The notes below the pieces were generated by a model that had not been told where the DNA came from, searched no databases, and saw nothing but the letters and a program-made list of their open reading frames with translations. A DNA stretch of 39,408 nt from an uncultured Weeksellaceae bacterium (GTDB lineage Bacteria; Bacteroidota; Bacteroidia; Flavobacteriales; BACL11), in contig CAYZIA010000003.1 in NCBI GenBank assembly GCA_964478325.1, positions 1-39,408 of the forward strand. The letters are read 5' to 3'. This document shows positions 26,464 to 36,229 of the stretch, piece by piece. A program made the position numbers and the translations under genes. Position 1 is the first letter of the stretch. Every line of letters starts with the position of its first letter.

Positions 26464-27465
26464 TTATTTTATTTCTGAAAAATCTCCAATACTAACCTCT
26501 TGCTGGGTATTTTTACCATTAAAACTTACTAAATTCCCAAGCATAGAGTTGTTAAGTTTTGCATTAATAATAACGCTATTATTTTGAATAATTGTTTTTA
26601 TAATACTACTATTTTCAATTTGTGTATTACTGCCAATAGAAACGTGAGGTCCTATTTTGGAATTTTTAATTTTTACATTTTCTCCTATAAAACAAGGCTC
26701 TATTATTTCTGAATTTTCGATACTTGCTGAATTAGAAATATTATTTTTATTATGTTCTAATACTCTTTGATTAGTAAAAACAGTCGCATCTTTATCCCCA
26801 CAATCTAACCATTCATCCACTTTTCCAGAAGAAAATTTCGTTCCTTTATTTTTCATGTTTTCAAGCGCATTAGTAAGTTGAAATTCTCCCTTTTCTTTTA
26901 TGTTATTGTCCAAAAGGTATTGTAATTCATTTTTTAAATATCCACCATCATTAAAATAATAAATCCCAATAATTGCTAAGTCGGAAACGAAAGTGTCTGG
27001 TTTTTCTACAAAATCGGTAATGATATTTTCATCATTTAATTTCACTACGCCAAAAGAAGAGGGGTCGTCAATTTGACTCACCCAAATAATACCGTCTTTT
27101 TTACTATCTAAAGTAAAATCTGCCTTAAACAATGTGTCAGCAAAAGCCACTACACAATTCCCTTTTAACGAATCCTTTGCGCACAAAATAGCATGTGCAG
27201 TTCCTAGCGGTTCATTTTGATAATAAATGCTTCCTTTTGCGCCTAATCTTTCTGCCACTTTTATTAAACTCTCTTCTACTTCTTTTCCAAAATCGCCAAT
27301 TACAAAAGCAATTTCATCTATTTTTTTTCCACAAACCATTACAATGTCTTCCACAAGCCATTGTACAATTGGCTTACCTGCAACTGGAATTAGTGGTTTT
27401 GGGATAGTAAGTGTATGAGGCCTAAGGCGAGATCCTCTTCCAGCCATTGGAATAATTATTTTCAT
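26464..27465 (-). CDS. Sugar-phosphate nucleotidyltransferase with C-terminal beta-helix
   Basis: IIPMAGRGSRLRPHT, PKPL, QNEPLGTAHA, VEKP, WLDCG and a hexapeptide-like C-terminus. Confidence 0.9.
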   Translation of the reverse strand: MKIIIPMAGRGSRLRPHTLTIPKPLIPVAGKPIVQWLVEDIVMVCGKKIDEIAFVIGDFGKEVEESLIKVAERLGAKGSIYYQNEPLGTAHAILCAKDSLKGNCVVAFADTLFKADFTLDSKKDGIIWVSQIDDPSSFGVVKLNDENIITDFVEKPDTFVSDLAIIGIYYFNDGGYLKNELQYLLDNNIKEKGEFQLTNALENMKNKGTKFSSGKVDEWLDCGDKDATVFTNQRVLEHNKNNISNSASIENSEIIEPCFIGENVKIKNSKIGPHVSIGSNTQIENSSIIKTIIQNNSVIINAKLNNSMLGNLVSFNGKNTQQEVSIGDFSEIK

Positions 27466-27480
27466 TTTTTGCTATATTTT

Positions 27481-27915
27481 TTATTTTACACCAGTGCTAC
27501 CAAATCCGTCAACACCTCTTTTTGTTTCTACTAACTCTACTACTTCTTTCCAATCAACTTGTTCGTGTTTTGAAATTACCATTTGTGCTACTCTTTCTCC
27601 ATCTTCAATTACAAATTCTTCATCCGACAAGTTTACTAGAATAACGCCAATTTCTCCTCTATAGTCAGCATCAATAGTCCCGGGAGAATTAAGAACTGTT
27701 ATTCCTTTTTTTAAAGCCAAGCCACTTCTTGGGCGAACTTGAGCTTCATAACCAATTGGCAATTCGATAAAAAGACCTGTTTTTACTAGTGTTCTTTGTA
27801 AAGGGTTTAATAATATGGGCTCCTCTAAGTTTGCCCTTAAATCCATTCCGGCAGACTGAGTAGTGGCATAATGGGGTAACTTATGTTTTGATTTATTTAC
27901 AATGTTTACTCTCAT
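27481..27915 (-). CDS. dut: dUTP diphosphatase
   Basis: [27 protein letters not shown] and RG..GFGSTG: all five dUTPase motifs. Confidence 0.98.
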   Translation of the reverse strand: MRVNIVNKSKHKLPHYATTQSAGMDLRANLEEPILLNPLQRTLVKTGLFIELPIGYEAQVRPRSGLALKKGITVLNSPGTIDADYRGEIGVILVNLSDEEFVIEDGERVAQMVISKHEQVDWKEVVELVETKRGVDGFGSTGVK

Positions 27916-27918
27916 TTT

Positions 27919-29400
27919 TTAGTCAAATAATTCAGGCTCGGAAATTACTTCTTTTTTTGATTTTTCTAAAATAAAAACTGCTATGATAAATACAAATAAA
28001 TAAATCGTATTTAGTAGCATAGAGCTTTCAAAATAGGCACTTATTTTATATAGTGCAAAAGAAAGGAATATATAACTAGCTATCCTTTTCAAGTCATAAG
28101 GAATTGAATAATGTTTTCTTCCTATTAAAAAAGATCCTATCATCATGCTAAAATAGCAAAATAATGTAGCCCATGCAGACCCAATAAATCCAATTCTTGG
28201 AATAAGTATGATATTTAATATTAGGGTAATTATTGCCCCAAAAATAGCAAGAATTGCGCCGTATCCAGTTTTTTCAGTTAATTTATACCAAATAGAAAGA
28301 TTGTAATAAATCCCTAAAAAAAGATTTGCCATCAATAAAATAGGAACAATTTCTATCCCCTCTGCACTATGGAAAGAGCTCCCAATAAAATGCTTAACAA
28401 CATCTAAATAAAGCATTACCGATAAAAAAATTAATGATGCTAAAATGACAAAATACTTAAGCACATCCGCATATATTTTTCGAGAGTTGTGTTGTTTTTC
28501 TTGTGAAAAAAAGAATGGCTCTGCTGCAAAACGAAACGTTTGTATAAACAAGATCATAATAATAGATATTTTGTAAAAGGCCCCATATACACCAATTGCT
28601 GCCATTTTATCTATCCCCTGTGGCAAAAGTTGTTTTAATAAAATTCTATCAATCGTTTCGTTTGTCATGCCAGCAAGGCCTGCTACTAAAAGTGGTAATG
28701 CATACCACATCATTTTCTTCCAAAGCATTATATTAAATCCCCAACTACTTTTTATCATCTCTGGTAAAAGCATTAAAATGGTAACCCCGCTTGCAAAAAG
28801 ATTAGAAATAAAAATATATCCCACTCCAACTTTAGGATCATAAATTGAATTTACAAAATCAGTAGTAGGCAAGCCGTTCTCCAAAGCATAAGGACAATAA
28901 ATAATGAAGAAAAGATTAAGTCCAATATTAATAAAAATATTCACTAGACGAACAAGTGCAAAACGAGCCGCCTGCTCTTTTTCCCTAAGCTTTGCAAATG
29001 AAATAGATGAAACTGCATCAAGCCCAATAATTAAAGCAAACCACATTACATACTCTGGATTTTGAGGGTATTCAAGCCAATTGGCAATGGTTTGCTGAGA
29101 AGAAATCATTATAAATACAAATAAAATTGAGCTAATAATAAGAGATATTAAACTAGTTGAATATACCAAGTCTTTATCATATTTCTTTTGTGAAAAACGA
29201 AAGAAAGCAGTTTCTAGGCCATAGGTAAGGATAATTACCAAAAAAGCAACATATGCATAAAGTTCGGTAACTACTCCGTATTCTGCTGGAATAAAATAAC
29301 GAGTATAAAGCGGAACTAATAAATAGTTAAGCAAACGCCCAACTATACTGCTTAAGCCATAAATAGCAGTTTGTCCAGCTAATTGTTTTAAGGGATTCAA
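27919..29400 (-). CDS. MOP-superfamily oligosaccharide/polysaccharide flippase
   Basis: About 12-14 TM segments, LAGQTAIYGLSSIVGRLLNYLLVPLYT, YGLETAFFRF and FRFAAEPFFF. TTG start. Confidence 0.85.
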   Translation of the reverse strand: MNPLKQLAGQTAIYGLSSIVGRLLNYLLVPLYTRYFIPAEYGVVTELYAYVAFLVIILTYGLETAFFRFSQKKYDKDLVYSTSLISLIISSILFVFIMISSQQTIANWLEYPQNPEYVMWFALIIGLDAVSSISFAKLREKEQAARFALVRLVNIFINIGLNLFFIIYCPYALENGLPTTDFVNSIYDPKVGVGYIFISNLFASGVTILMLLPEMIKSSWGFNIMLWKKMMWYALPLLVAGLAGMTNETIDRILLKQLLPQGIDKMAAIGVYGAFYKISIIMILFIQTFRFAAEPFFFSQEKQHNSRKIYADVLKYFVILASLIFLSVMLYLDVVKHFIGSSFHSAEGIEIVPILLMANLFLGIYYNLSIWYKLTEKTGYGAILAIFGAIITLILNIILIPRIGFIGSAWATLFCYFSMMIGSFLIGRKHYSIPYDLKRIASYIFLSFALYKISAYFESSMLLNTIYLFVFIIAVFILEKSKKEVISEPELFD

Positions 29401-29403
29401 CTA

Positions 29404-30177
29404 TTAAAAATTTGCTTTTCTTTTTTCTAAAAATGCCTTTGTTCCTTCCTTGAATTCTTCCGATTCAAAACAATTTCCAAATTCTTTTTTCTCCACTTCA
29501 AAACCATTTAGTCCATCTTTAAATCCTGCATTTACAGCTTTTATTGCTCTTCTTATTGCCATTGGAGAGTTCCTCATGATTTTTAATGCTATTTTTTCTG
29601 CAAGAGGAAGAAGTTCTTCTTGTTTGCAAAAATGATTTATTAATCCCCAACTTTTTGCCTCTTCCGCCGAGATCATTCCGGCAGTTGTAATCATCTCCAT
29701 TGCCTTTCCTTTACCTACTAAATTAGCCAGTCTTTGAGTACCTCCATACCCAGGAATAACTCCCAAAGAAACCTCTGGCAAACCCATTTTTGCATTTCTA
29801 GAAGATATTCTGATGTGACAAGCCATAGCTAATTCTAAACCACCTCCAAGTGCAAAACCATTAATTGCAGCAATGCTTGGCGTTCCGCAATTTTCAACTA
29901 AGTCACACAAAAGTTCTTGCCCTTTTCTTGCTAATTCTTCTCCTTCTTTTTTTGAGTAATTAGTAAATTCTTTAATGTCAGCGCCCGCTATAAAAGCTTT
30001 ATCTTCAGATCCAGTAATTATTATACATCTAACTAGCTTATCCTTTTCTGCTAATAAAATTGCATTATTTAATTCATCTATAGTTTCTGTATTTAAAGCG
30101 TTAAGTTGTTTTGGTCTATTAATCGTAATATATGTAATTGAATTCCTATTCTCGGTCAAAATATTATTGTAGTTCAT
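29404..30177 (-). CDS. Enoyl-CoA hydratase/isomerase (crotonase family)
   Basis: INRPKQLNALN, AFIAGADI, GFALGGGLE and PEVSLGVIPGYGGTQRL (both catalytic Glu present). Start moved to ATG 30177 because the upstream extension spans a terminator and a promoter. Confidence 0.93.
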   Translation of the reverse strand: MNYNNILTENRNSITYITINRPKQLNALNTETIDELNNAILLAEKDKLVRCIIITGSEDKAFIAGADIKEFTNYSKKEGEELARKGQELLCDLVENCGTPSIAAINGFALGGGLELAMACHIRISSRNAKMGLPEVSLGVIPGYGGTQRLANLVGKGKAMEMITTAGMISAEEAKSWGLINHFCKQEELLPLAEKIALKIMRNSPMAIRRAIKAVNAGFKDGLNGFEVEKKEFGNCFESEEFKEGTKAFLEKRKANF

Positions 30178-30194
30178 CTTTTTAGTATTTAATA

Positions 30195-30202
30195 CAAATA
30201 TA
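30195..30202 (-). promoter_or_regulatory. -7 promoter element (TATATTTG) for the crotonase-flippase-dut-...-envC unit
   Basis: Exact TAnnTTTG just downstream of the atp terminator and 17 nt before the ATG. Confidence 0.65.
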
Positions 30203-30220
30203 GAGTTTTCAAATGGTTCT

Positions 30221-30252
30221 AAAAGAACCCCCCCCATCAATAGCGGGGGGTT
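30221..30252 (-). terminator. Intrinsic terminator of the atp operon
   Basis: The minus strand reads AACCCCCC-gctattgatgg-GGGGGGTT-CTTTT, starting about 23 nt after the atpG stop. Confidence 0.75.
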
Positions 30253-30275
30253 GAACAAATTTATTTATTTTGATT

Positions 30276-31139
30276 TTAGTCGTTTAATGCTTCTGCACCA
30301 CCAACAATTTCTAAAATTTCACCAGTAATAGCAGCTTGCCTTGCTTTATTATAAAATAGGGTAAGATCGTCTTTTAAGTCATTCGCATTATCAGTCGCTT
30401 TATGCATTGCAGTCATTCTTGCGCCATGTTCAGAAGCATAGGAATCCAATATCGCTTTGAAGAGTTGGGTTTTCAAAGATTTTGGAATTAACTCTTGAAC
30501 TATTTCTTCTTTTGAGGGCTCAAAAATATAATCTCCAATACTTGCATTTTCGTCATTTAATGTTTGAACTGGCAAATAGTTTTCTTTCATCACAATTTGA
30601 GTGGCTGCATTTTTGAATTGATTATAAATAAGTACTACCTTGTCATATTTACCTTGAGTGAAAGCGCTCATTATAGTTTCAGCAATTTCTACAACTCTTT
30701 CAAATGTGATGTCATTATACAAATCATCATGCGTATTAATTACATTAAATTCATTTTTAGAAAAATATTCAGATGACTTTTTCCCTACAGAAATAATAGC
30801 CGCATTACAATTCTTATATTCATTATTTATCAGCGAAGTAGTTTGTTTGATAATATTGGAATTAAATCCGCCACAAAGTCCTCTGTTAGAAGTTATACTC
30901 ACAAAAAGAATATTTTTTACTTCTCTTGCTTTTGAAAAATCATTTCCATCTGCACTGTCCAGGCTTGCACTTAAATTTACAAGCATTTCAGTTAATTTAT
31001 TAGCGTAAGGCCTTAGTTGAACAATTGCATCTTGTGCTCTTTTTAACTTAGCAGCAGATACCATTTTCATAGCAGAAGTAATCTGCATGGTTGATTCAAC
31101 TGAAGAAATCCTATTTCGTATTTCCTTAAGGTTTGCCAT
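30276..31139 (-). CDS. atpG: ATP synthase F1 gamma subunit
   Basis: QITSAMKMVSAAKL, RGLCGGFN, SEHGARMTAM and RQAAITGEILEIVGGA. Confidence 0.98.
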   Translation of the reverse strand: MANLKEIRNRISSVESTMQITSAMKMVSAAKLKRAQDAIVQLRPYANKLTEMLVNLSASLDSADGNDFSKAREVKNILFVSITSNRGLCGGFNSNIIKQTTSLINNEYKNCNAAIISVGKKSSEYFSKNEFNVINTHDDLYNDITFERVVEIAETIMSAFTQGKYDKVVLIYNQFKNAATQIVMKENYLPVQTLNDENASIGDYIFEPSKEEIVQELIPKSLKTQLFKAILDSYASEHGARMTAMHKATDNANDLKDDLTLFYNKARQAAITGEILEIVGGAEALND

Positions 31140-31142
31140 AAA

Positions 31143-32723
31143 TTATTTTGCGTATTTTTTTGTAAGATCAGCAGCTATTTTTTCTAGAGTTGAAGTAATT
31201 TCATCTGACAATTTCCCTGCCGCTAAATCATTCAAAATATTTTGGTGTTTTTCACACATAAAAGAAATGAATTCTGTTTCAAATACCCTAATTTTATTTA
31301 CCGGGACATCCATTAATAAGCCATTGGTCCCACAATAAATAATAGCTGCTTGCTCTTCTACTCTAAGTGGAGAATATTGCCCTTGTTTTAGAATTTCCAC
31401 ATTCCTTTTCCCTTTCTCAATAATAGCAGTAGTTGCAGCATCCAAATCTGACCCAAACTTTGCAAAGGCTTCTAATTCTCTATATTGCGCTTGATCTAAT
31501 TTAAGTGTTCCCGCAATTTTTTTCATTGATTTAATTTGTGCATTTCCTCCCACACGAGAAACTGAAATCCCCACATTAATTGCTGGACGAACTCCCGATA
31601 AAAATAAATCCGATTCTAAAAAAATCTGCCCATCGGTAATTGAAATTACGTTTGTTGGTATATATGCAGAAACATCCCCTGCTTGGGTTTCAATAATCGG
31701 AAGTGCAGTTAATGAGCCTCCACCTTTTACTTTTCCCTTTAAAGATTCTGGCAAATCATTCATTTGAGCAGCAATTTCATCATCATTCACCACTTTTGCA
31801 GCTCTTTCTAATAATCTTGAGTGTAAATAAAATACATCTCCTGGATATGCTTCTCGGCCTGGAGGTCTTCTAAGCAATAAAGATACTTCACGATATGCTA
31901 CCGCTTGTTTTGATAAATCATCAAATACAATAAGTGCTGGACGGCCAGTATCTCTAAAAAATTCTCCAATTGCAGCTCCAGCAAGTGGTGCGTAAAATTG
32001 CATTGGCGCAGGGTCTGATGCATTTGCAGATACAATAACAGTATAAGCAAGCGCTCCAGCATCTTCTAATTTTTTAGCCAATGCTGCAACTGTTGAAGCT
32101 TTTTGTCCAATCGCAACATAGATACAAAATACTGGCTCTCCTTTATCGTAAAATTCTTTTTGATTGATAATGGTGTCAACAACAACAGCTGTTTTCCCTG
32201 TTTGTCTGTCTCCAATTACCAATTCTCTTTGTCCTCTTCCAATTGGAATCATTGCATCAATTGCTTTAATACCTGTTTGTAGTGGCTCGTTTACTGGTTG
32301 GCGAAAGATAACTCCTGGTGCTTTTCTTTCAATTGGCATCTCAAAAGTTTCTCCTTTAATTGGCCCTTTTCCATCAATTGGCTCTCCAAGAGTATCAATA
32401 ACTCTTCCCAACATGCCTTCACCTACATTTATAGAGGCAATTCTTTTGGTTCGTTTTACAACCTCTCCTTCTTTAATCCCTTTTGAAGGGCCCAGGAGAA
32501 CTGCTCCAATATTGTCTTCTTCAAGGTTTAGAACAATTGCTTTTAGTCCGCTTTCAAATTCTATTAATTCCCCAGACTGAACGTCTGTTAGGCCATAAAT
32601 TCTAGCAATACCATCTCCTACTTGTAATACAGTTCCAACCTCTTGTAATTCTGCCTTTGACTTGTGTCCGGCTAATTGTTGTCTTAAAATTGCTGATACC
32701 TCAGCTGGTTTTACTTCTGCCAT
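31143..32723 (-). CDS. atpA: ATP synthase F1 alpha subunit
   Basis: GDRQTGKT P-loop, [23 protein letters not shown] and [13 protein letters not shown]. Confidence 0.99.
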   Translation of the reverse strand: MAEVKPAEVSAILRQQLAGHKSKAELQEVGTVLQVGDGIARIYGLTDVQSGELIEFESGLKAIVLNLEEDNIGAVLLGPSKGIKEGEVVKRTKRIASINVGEGMLGRVIDTLGEPIDGKGPIKGETFEMPIERKAPGVIFRQPVNEPLQTGIKAIDAMIPIGRGQRELVIGDRQTGKTAVVVDTIINQKEFYDKGEPVFCIYVAIGQKASTVAALAKKLEDAGALAYTVIVSANASDPAPMQFYAPLAGAAIGEFFRDTGRPALIVFDDLSKQAVAYREVSLLLRRPPGREAYPGDVFYLHSRLLERAAKVVNDDEIAAQMNDLPESLKGKVKGGGSLTALPIIETQAGDVSAYIPTNVISITDGQIFLESDLFLSGVRPAINVGISVSRVGGNAQIKSMKKIAGTLKLDQAQYRELEAFAKFGSDLDAATTAIIEKGKRNVEILKQGQYSPLRVEEQAAIIYCGTNGLLMDVPVNKIRVFETEFISFMCEKHQNILNDLAAGKLSDEITSTLEKIAADLTKKYAK

Positions 32724-32734
32724 AATTTTTGTTT

Positions 32735-33292
32735 TTAAAAGTCCTTTATATAAAGATTCTTACTAAATGTTTGTTTTAATTCTACTATTGATTTTTTCAC
32801 GCTAGCGTCCAATTGTTTGTCTCCCATTCTTATAATTGCTCCTCCAATTATTGTTTCATCTACTTTTTCTGTCAAATCTACCTCTGTTTCTCCATGAGTT
32901 TTAATAAAATCTGTTATTTCTTTTTTTAAAGTTTCATCAAGTGGGAAAGAGGTTGTAATGGTAGCCGATTCAATGTTTTTATGTGCTCTGTATAGTGCGA
33001 TAAAGCTATTTGCAATTCCTTCTAAAATAGATTCTCTTTTTTTATTTGTAATAATATTAACAAAATTTATGCTTACTTCATTCATTTTGTTATAAAATAT
33101 CTCTTTAAAAATAGAAAGTTTTTGATCTGTTTTAATAATTGGGCTTTTAAGCAGTAATGATAAATCTTTACTGCTAGCACAAATGTCTGCTACAAACTGC
33201 ATGTCCTCTCTACATTTCTCTAAAATATCTTGCTCAATGGCAAGGTTAAATAAAGATTTTGCATAGCGTAATGTAGCCCGGGTTTGTTTCAT
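32735..33292 (-). CDS. atpH: ATP synthase F1 delta subunit
   Basis: [20 protein letters not shown]...DASV, and its position in the operon. Confidence 0.95.
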   Translation of the reverse strand: MKQTRATLRYAKSLFNLAIEQDILEKCREDMQFVADICASSKDLSLLLKSPIIKTDQKLSIFKEIFYNKMNEVSINFVNIITNKKRESILEGIANSFIALYRAHKNIESATITTSFPLDETLKKEITDFIKTHGETEVDLTEKVDETIIGGAIIRMGDKQLDASVKKSIVELKQTFSKNLYIKDF

Positions 33293-33301
33293 TATTTAGT
33301 T

Positions 33302-33796
33302 CTAATTTAAGTCTTTCTCCGCAATTGCTTTTGTAACTAATTCTTTTTGCTTATTTAAATCTTGTAATTCTGATTTCAGAATTTTCTCTGCAATTTCAAT
33401 TGAAAGGTTAGCTACTTGATTTTTTAGTTCAGTTATTGCCTTCATTTTTTCATTTATAATTTGCTCCTTTGCTGTTGTTAATATTTTCTCAGCATCTACC
33501 TTTGCTTTATCTTTCGCTTCCGCTATAATACTCTCCTTAATGTCTCTTCCTTCTTTTAAAATCGTGTCTCTTTCTTTTTTTGCTTCCATTAGTATCCGCT
33601 CATTGTCTGCGCTAAGAGAAAGCATTTCTTCTTTTGCTTTGTCTGCCGCTCTTAATGCGTCTTCAATACTTTTATTTCTTTCATCAACTGCACTTAAAAT
33701 TGGCTTCCATGCATATTTTTTTAATACAATAAGTAAAAGCGAAAATACTACTATAGTCCAAAATATTAACCCTATCTCTGGTGTTACTAGTTCCAT
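33302..33796 (-). CDS. atpF: ATP synthase F0 b subunit
   Basis: GLIFW TM helix, KYAWKPI...ER and a coiled coil. Confidence 0.96.
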   Translation of the reverse strand: MELVTPEIGLIFWTIVVFSLLLIVLKKYAWKPILSAVDERNKSIEDALRAADKAKEEMLSLSADNERILMEAKKERDTILKEGRDIKESIIAEAKDKAKVDAEKILTTAKEQIINEKMKAITELKNQVANLSIEIAEKILKSELQDLNKQKELVTKAIAEKDLN

Positions 33797-33811
33797 AATT
33801 TTATGTTTTTT

Positions 33812-33839
33812 ATTAATCCTCTGTTAACAGAAGATTAAT
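33812..33839 (-). other. Intergenic RNA hairpin between atpE and atpF
   Basis: mRNA AUUAAUCUUCUG-UUAA-CAGAGGAUUAAU forms a 12-bp stem with one G-U pair and has no following U-tract. Confidence 0.6.
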
Positions 33840-33845
33840 TGGTTA

Positions 33846-34073
<228 letters not shown>

Positions 34074-34097
34074 TTAGTTAAACAAATTTGTTAATAA

Positions 34098-35150
34098 TTA
34101 ATGATCTTCTGCTACGGCCAGCCCTATAAATACAGCTGACAACAATGTAAATATATACGCTTGTAAAAAAGCAACTAATAATTCAATAAACATTATAAAA
34201 AGTACAAATAATACTGAAAGTGGGGCAACACCAAAAGCAGCGCCATTTCCTGATTGTGATTGCACCATAAATATCAAAGAGATTAAACTCAATATTGTTA
34301 TGTGTCCTGCTGTGATATTTGCAAATAGCCTAATCATAAGAGCAAAAGGCTTGGTAAATACTCCAAAAATCTCAATTGGAACCATGATCGGCATTAAGAG
34401 TAGTGGTGTTGGGGGATTAAAAATGTGTTTCCAATAGTTTTTGTTTCCAGAAAAAGTTGTAATAACAAAAGTAAACATCGCAAGCACAAGAGTAACCGAT
34501 ATATTACCTGTTACGTTTGCTGCACCAGGTAATAATCCCATATAATTATTAATCAAAATAAAAAAGAACGCGGTTAATAAAAATGATGTATATCTTTCGT
34601 ATTTCGGACCTATGTTGGCCTTAATTATATCATCTCTCACAAAAAGAATAAGTGGCTCTAAAAAAGCCTGTATTCTTTTGGGAGCGTATTTATTTCTTTT
34701 ATACCCTTTAGCTGTTGATTTAAGCAATAGTAGGAGTAGCAATACAGAGATTAGCATTGATGCTACATTTTTCGTAATTGAAACGTCAATAATAGACGCT
34801 CCACTTAATTCATGAATATGCTCATGTTCATCGAGCATGTATGTCCTGTCTCCTTTTTTCACAGCTACCTGCCCATGCTTGAAATCGCTTGATAAAAAAA
34901 CATCTATACTCCCCTCTGTAAAAAGAATAATTGGAAGAGGAATAGAGACAGGATGTGATTTCCCCTCATTATCTTTATAATCAAACAAATGCCATTCATG
35001 CGCATTTAAAACATGGTGCATAATCATTGGCTTTGGATCATATGCTTCTGTTAAATCGCTTGTATCAGTATGTGCTGCTTTTAATTCTGAAAAAAAAGCA
35101 CTGGAAAATATAAGTACTAAAAATAATGTTTTTAGCTTGATTTTTAACAT
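34098..35150 (-). CDS. atpB: ATP synthase F0 a subunit (Bacteroidota long N-terminal form)
   Basis: IMHHVLNAHEWH, SITKNV, KPFALMIRLFANITAGH and LQAYIFTLL. Start at ATG 35150, downstream of the promoter element. Confidence 0.96.
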   Translation of the reverse strand: MLKIKLKTLFLVLIFSSAFFSELKAAHTDTSDLTEAYDPKPMIMHHVLNAHEWHLFDYKDNEGKSHPVSIPLPIILFTEGSIDVFLSSDFKHGQVAVKKGDRTYMLDEHEHIHELSGASIIDVSITKNVASMLISVLLLLLLLKSTAKGYKRNKYAPKRIQAFLEPLILFVRDDIIKANIGPKYERYTSFLLTAFFFILINNYMGLLPGAANVTGNISVTLVLAMFTFVITTFSGNKNYWKHIFNPPTPLLLMPIMVPIEIFGVFTKPFALMIRLFANITAGHITILSLISLIFMVQSQSGNGAAFGVAPLSVLFVLFIMFIELLVAFLQAYIFTLLSAVFIGLAVAEDH

Positions 35151-35177
35151 GTTTTTAATGCTCTTAAAATTCGGGCG

Positions 35178-35185
35178 CAAAATTA
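35178..35185 (-). promoter_or_regulatory. -7 promoter element (TAATTTTG) for atpBEFHAG
   Basis: Exact TAnnTTTG followed by CGCCCG, 27 nt upstream of the atpB ATG. Confidence 0.75.
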
Positions 35186-35235
35186 AATAAAAAATTGAAC
35201 TGTAAAATCTTTTTATATTCTTTTTAGAAATTATT

Positions 35236-35595
35236 CTAGTATTCAACTAATATATAGTTTTCCCTCACCTCCTTTATTAATATAATAAAATAAGCAATGA
35301 AAAAATGCAGAATATAATAAGTAGTCATCTCTGTTTTATCGAGTATAATTGGAAGCAAAAATAAAATACAAGCTATAATTTTTATAATATTGATGAAAAG
35401 TAAAAAAAAGGGGGATTTGTTTTTGAACTTGTTTAGTATATATATATATCCTGTTGAAAAGAGAGAAAGTAAAAACAACAAGAAATAGCTTTTAATCAAA
35501 AATAAATTGATCTCCAGTTTTAATAAAAACTCTGAAATAAGAATGTGTAGGGTACAAATTGCTAAAAAAATAAGAAATGATTTTAACTTTTTCAT
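35236..35595 (-). CDS. 4-TM membrane protein, AtpI-like
   Basis: Four hydrophobic segments, located directly upstream of atpB. Identity is inferred from position and topology. Confidence 0.6.
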   Translation of the reverse strand: MKKLKSFLIFLAICTLHILISEFLLKLEINLFLIKSYFLLFLLSLFSTGYIYILNKFKNKSPFFLLFINIIKIIACILFLLPIILDKTEMTTYYILHFFIAYFIILIKEVRENYILVEY

Positions 35596-35813
35596 TTTTT
35601 GATCATTCCTTTCAAGCTTATATATAGCGCAATAAAAATAGCAAGAAGCGAAAAGATAATAGTAAAGATTGGGGCTTGATTTTCGGATTGCAAATCTAAA
35701 TACTTGCCAAGATACGCACCCCCAGCAATAATAATTCCCATCTGAAGAGTTAGGGAAGAAAAACGGACATAGTTTTTAAGCCGTTTTTTCTTTTGATCCT
35801 GTTTTTTCGACAT
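35592..35813 (-). CDS. AtpZ/AtpI family 2-TM protein
   Basis: YVRFSSLTLQMGIIIAGGAYLGKYLD signature. Start at ATG 35813 (MSKKQD). Confidence 0.85.
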   Translation of the reverse strand: MSKKQDQKKKRLKNYVRFSSLTLQMGIIIAGGAYLGKYLDLQSENQAPIFTIIFSLLAIFIALYISLKGMIKK

Positions 35814-36189
35814 GCTTAATGTCTTTAATAACCGCCCCCATACTGCAATGCCCTGTAAATGCTGCTCCTGGCTCAATAGCTAATTTATTAGTCACCAAGT
35901 CTCCAGTAAGCTTTGCAGTTCCTTTAAGTGAGAGTAGCTGTTCAACTGATATTTTGGCATTAAGTGAGCCTGCAATATCTGCATTATTACATTCTACATC
36001 GCCTTCAATTATTCCAGCTTCCCCCACCACAACCTTTCCGCTTGTTTTGACTGCTCCTTTTAATGTGCCATCAATTCTTATATCTCCCTTTGATTGAATG
36101 TCGCCTGTAATAATAGTGCCAATTCCAATAATATTTACAGCTCCAGAGGTTTCGTTTTCTTTATTCATTTCTTTTTTATTTGTAAACAT
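35776..36189 (-). CDS. Bactofilin (polymer-forming cytoskeletal protein)
   Basis: IIGIGTIITGDI...DIRIDG.LKG...VVVGEAGIIEGDV...IEPGAAFTGHC beta-helix pattern. Confidence 0.93.
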   Translation of the reverse strand: MFTNKKEMNKENETSGAVNIIGIGTIITGDIQSKGDIRIDGTLKGAVKTSGKVVVGEAGIIEGDVECNNADIAGSLNAKISVEQLLSLKGTAKLTGDLVTNKLAIEPGAAFTGHCSMGAVIKDIKHVEKTGSKEKTA

Positions 36190-36209
36190 GAGTACTTGCT
36201 TTAGATGGA

Positions 36210-36217
36210 CAAATGTA
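36210..36217 (-). promoter_or_regulatory. -7 promoter element (TACATTTG) for bactofilin-atpZ-atpI
   Basis: Exact TAnnTTTG in the 40-nt intergenic gap. Confidence 0.65.
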
Positions 36218-36229
36218 ATAATTTATTAT

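Noticed and set aside
30178-30258. 27-aa N-terminal extension of the crotonase
   Set aside because: It runs through the atp terminator and the gene's promoter element.
35151-35246. 32-aa N-terminal extension of AtpB
   Set aside because: It begins upstream of the atpB promoter element. ATG 35150 gives a signal-like N-terminus.
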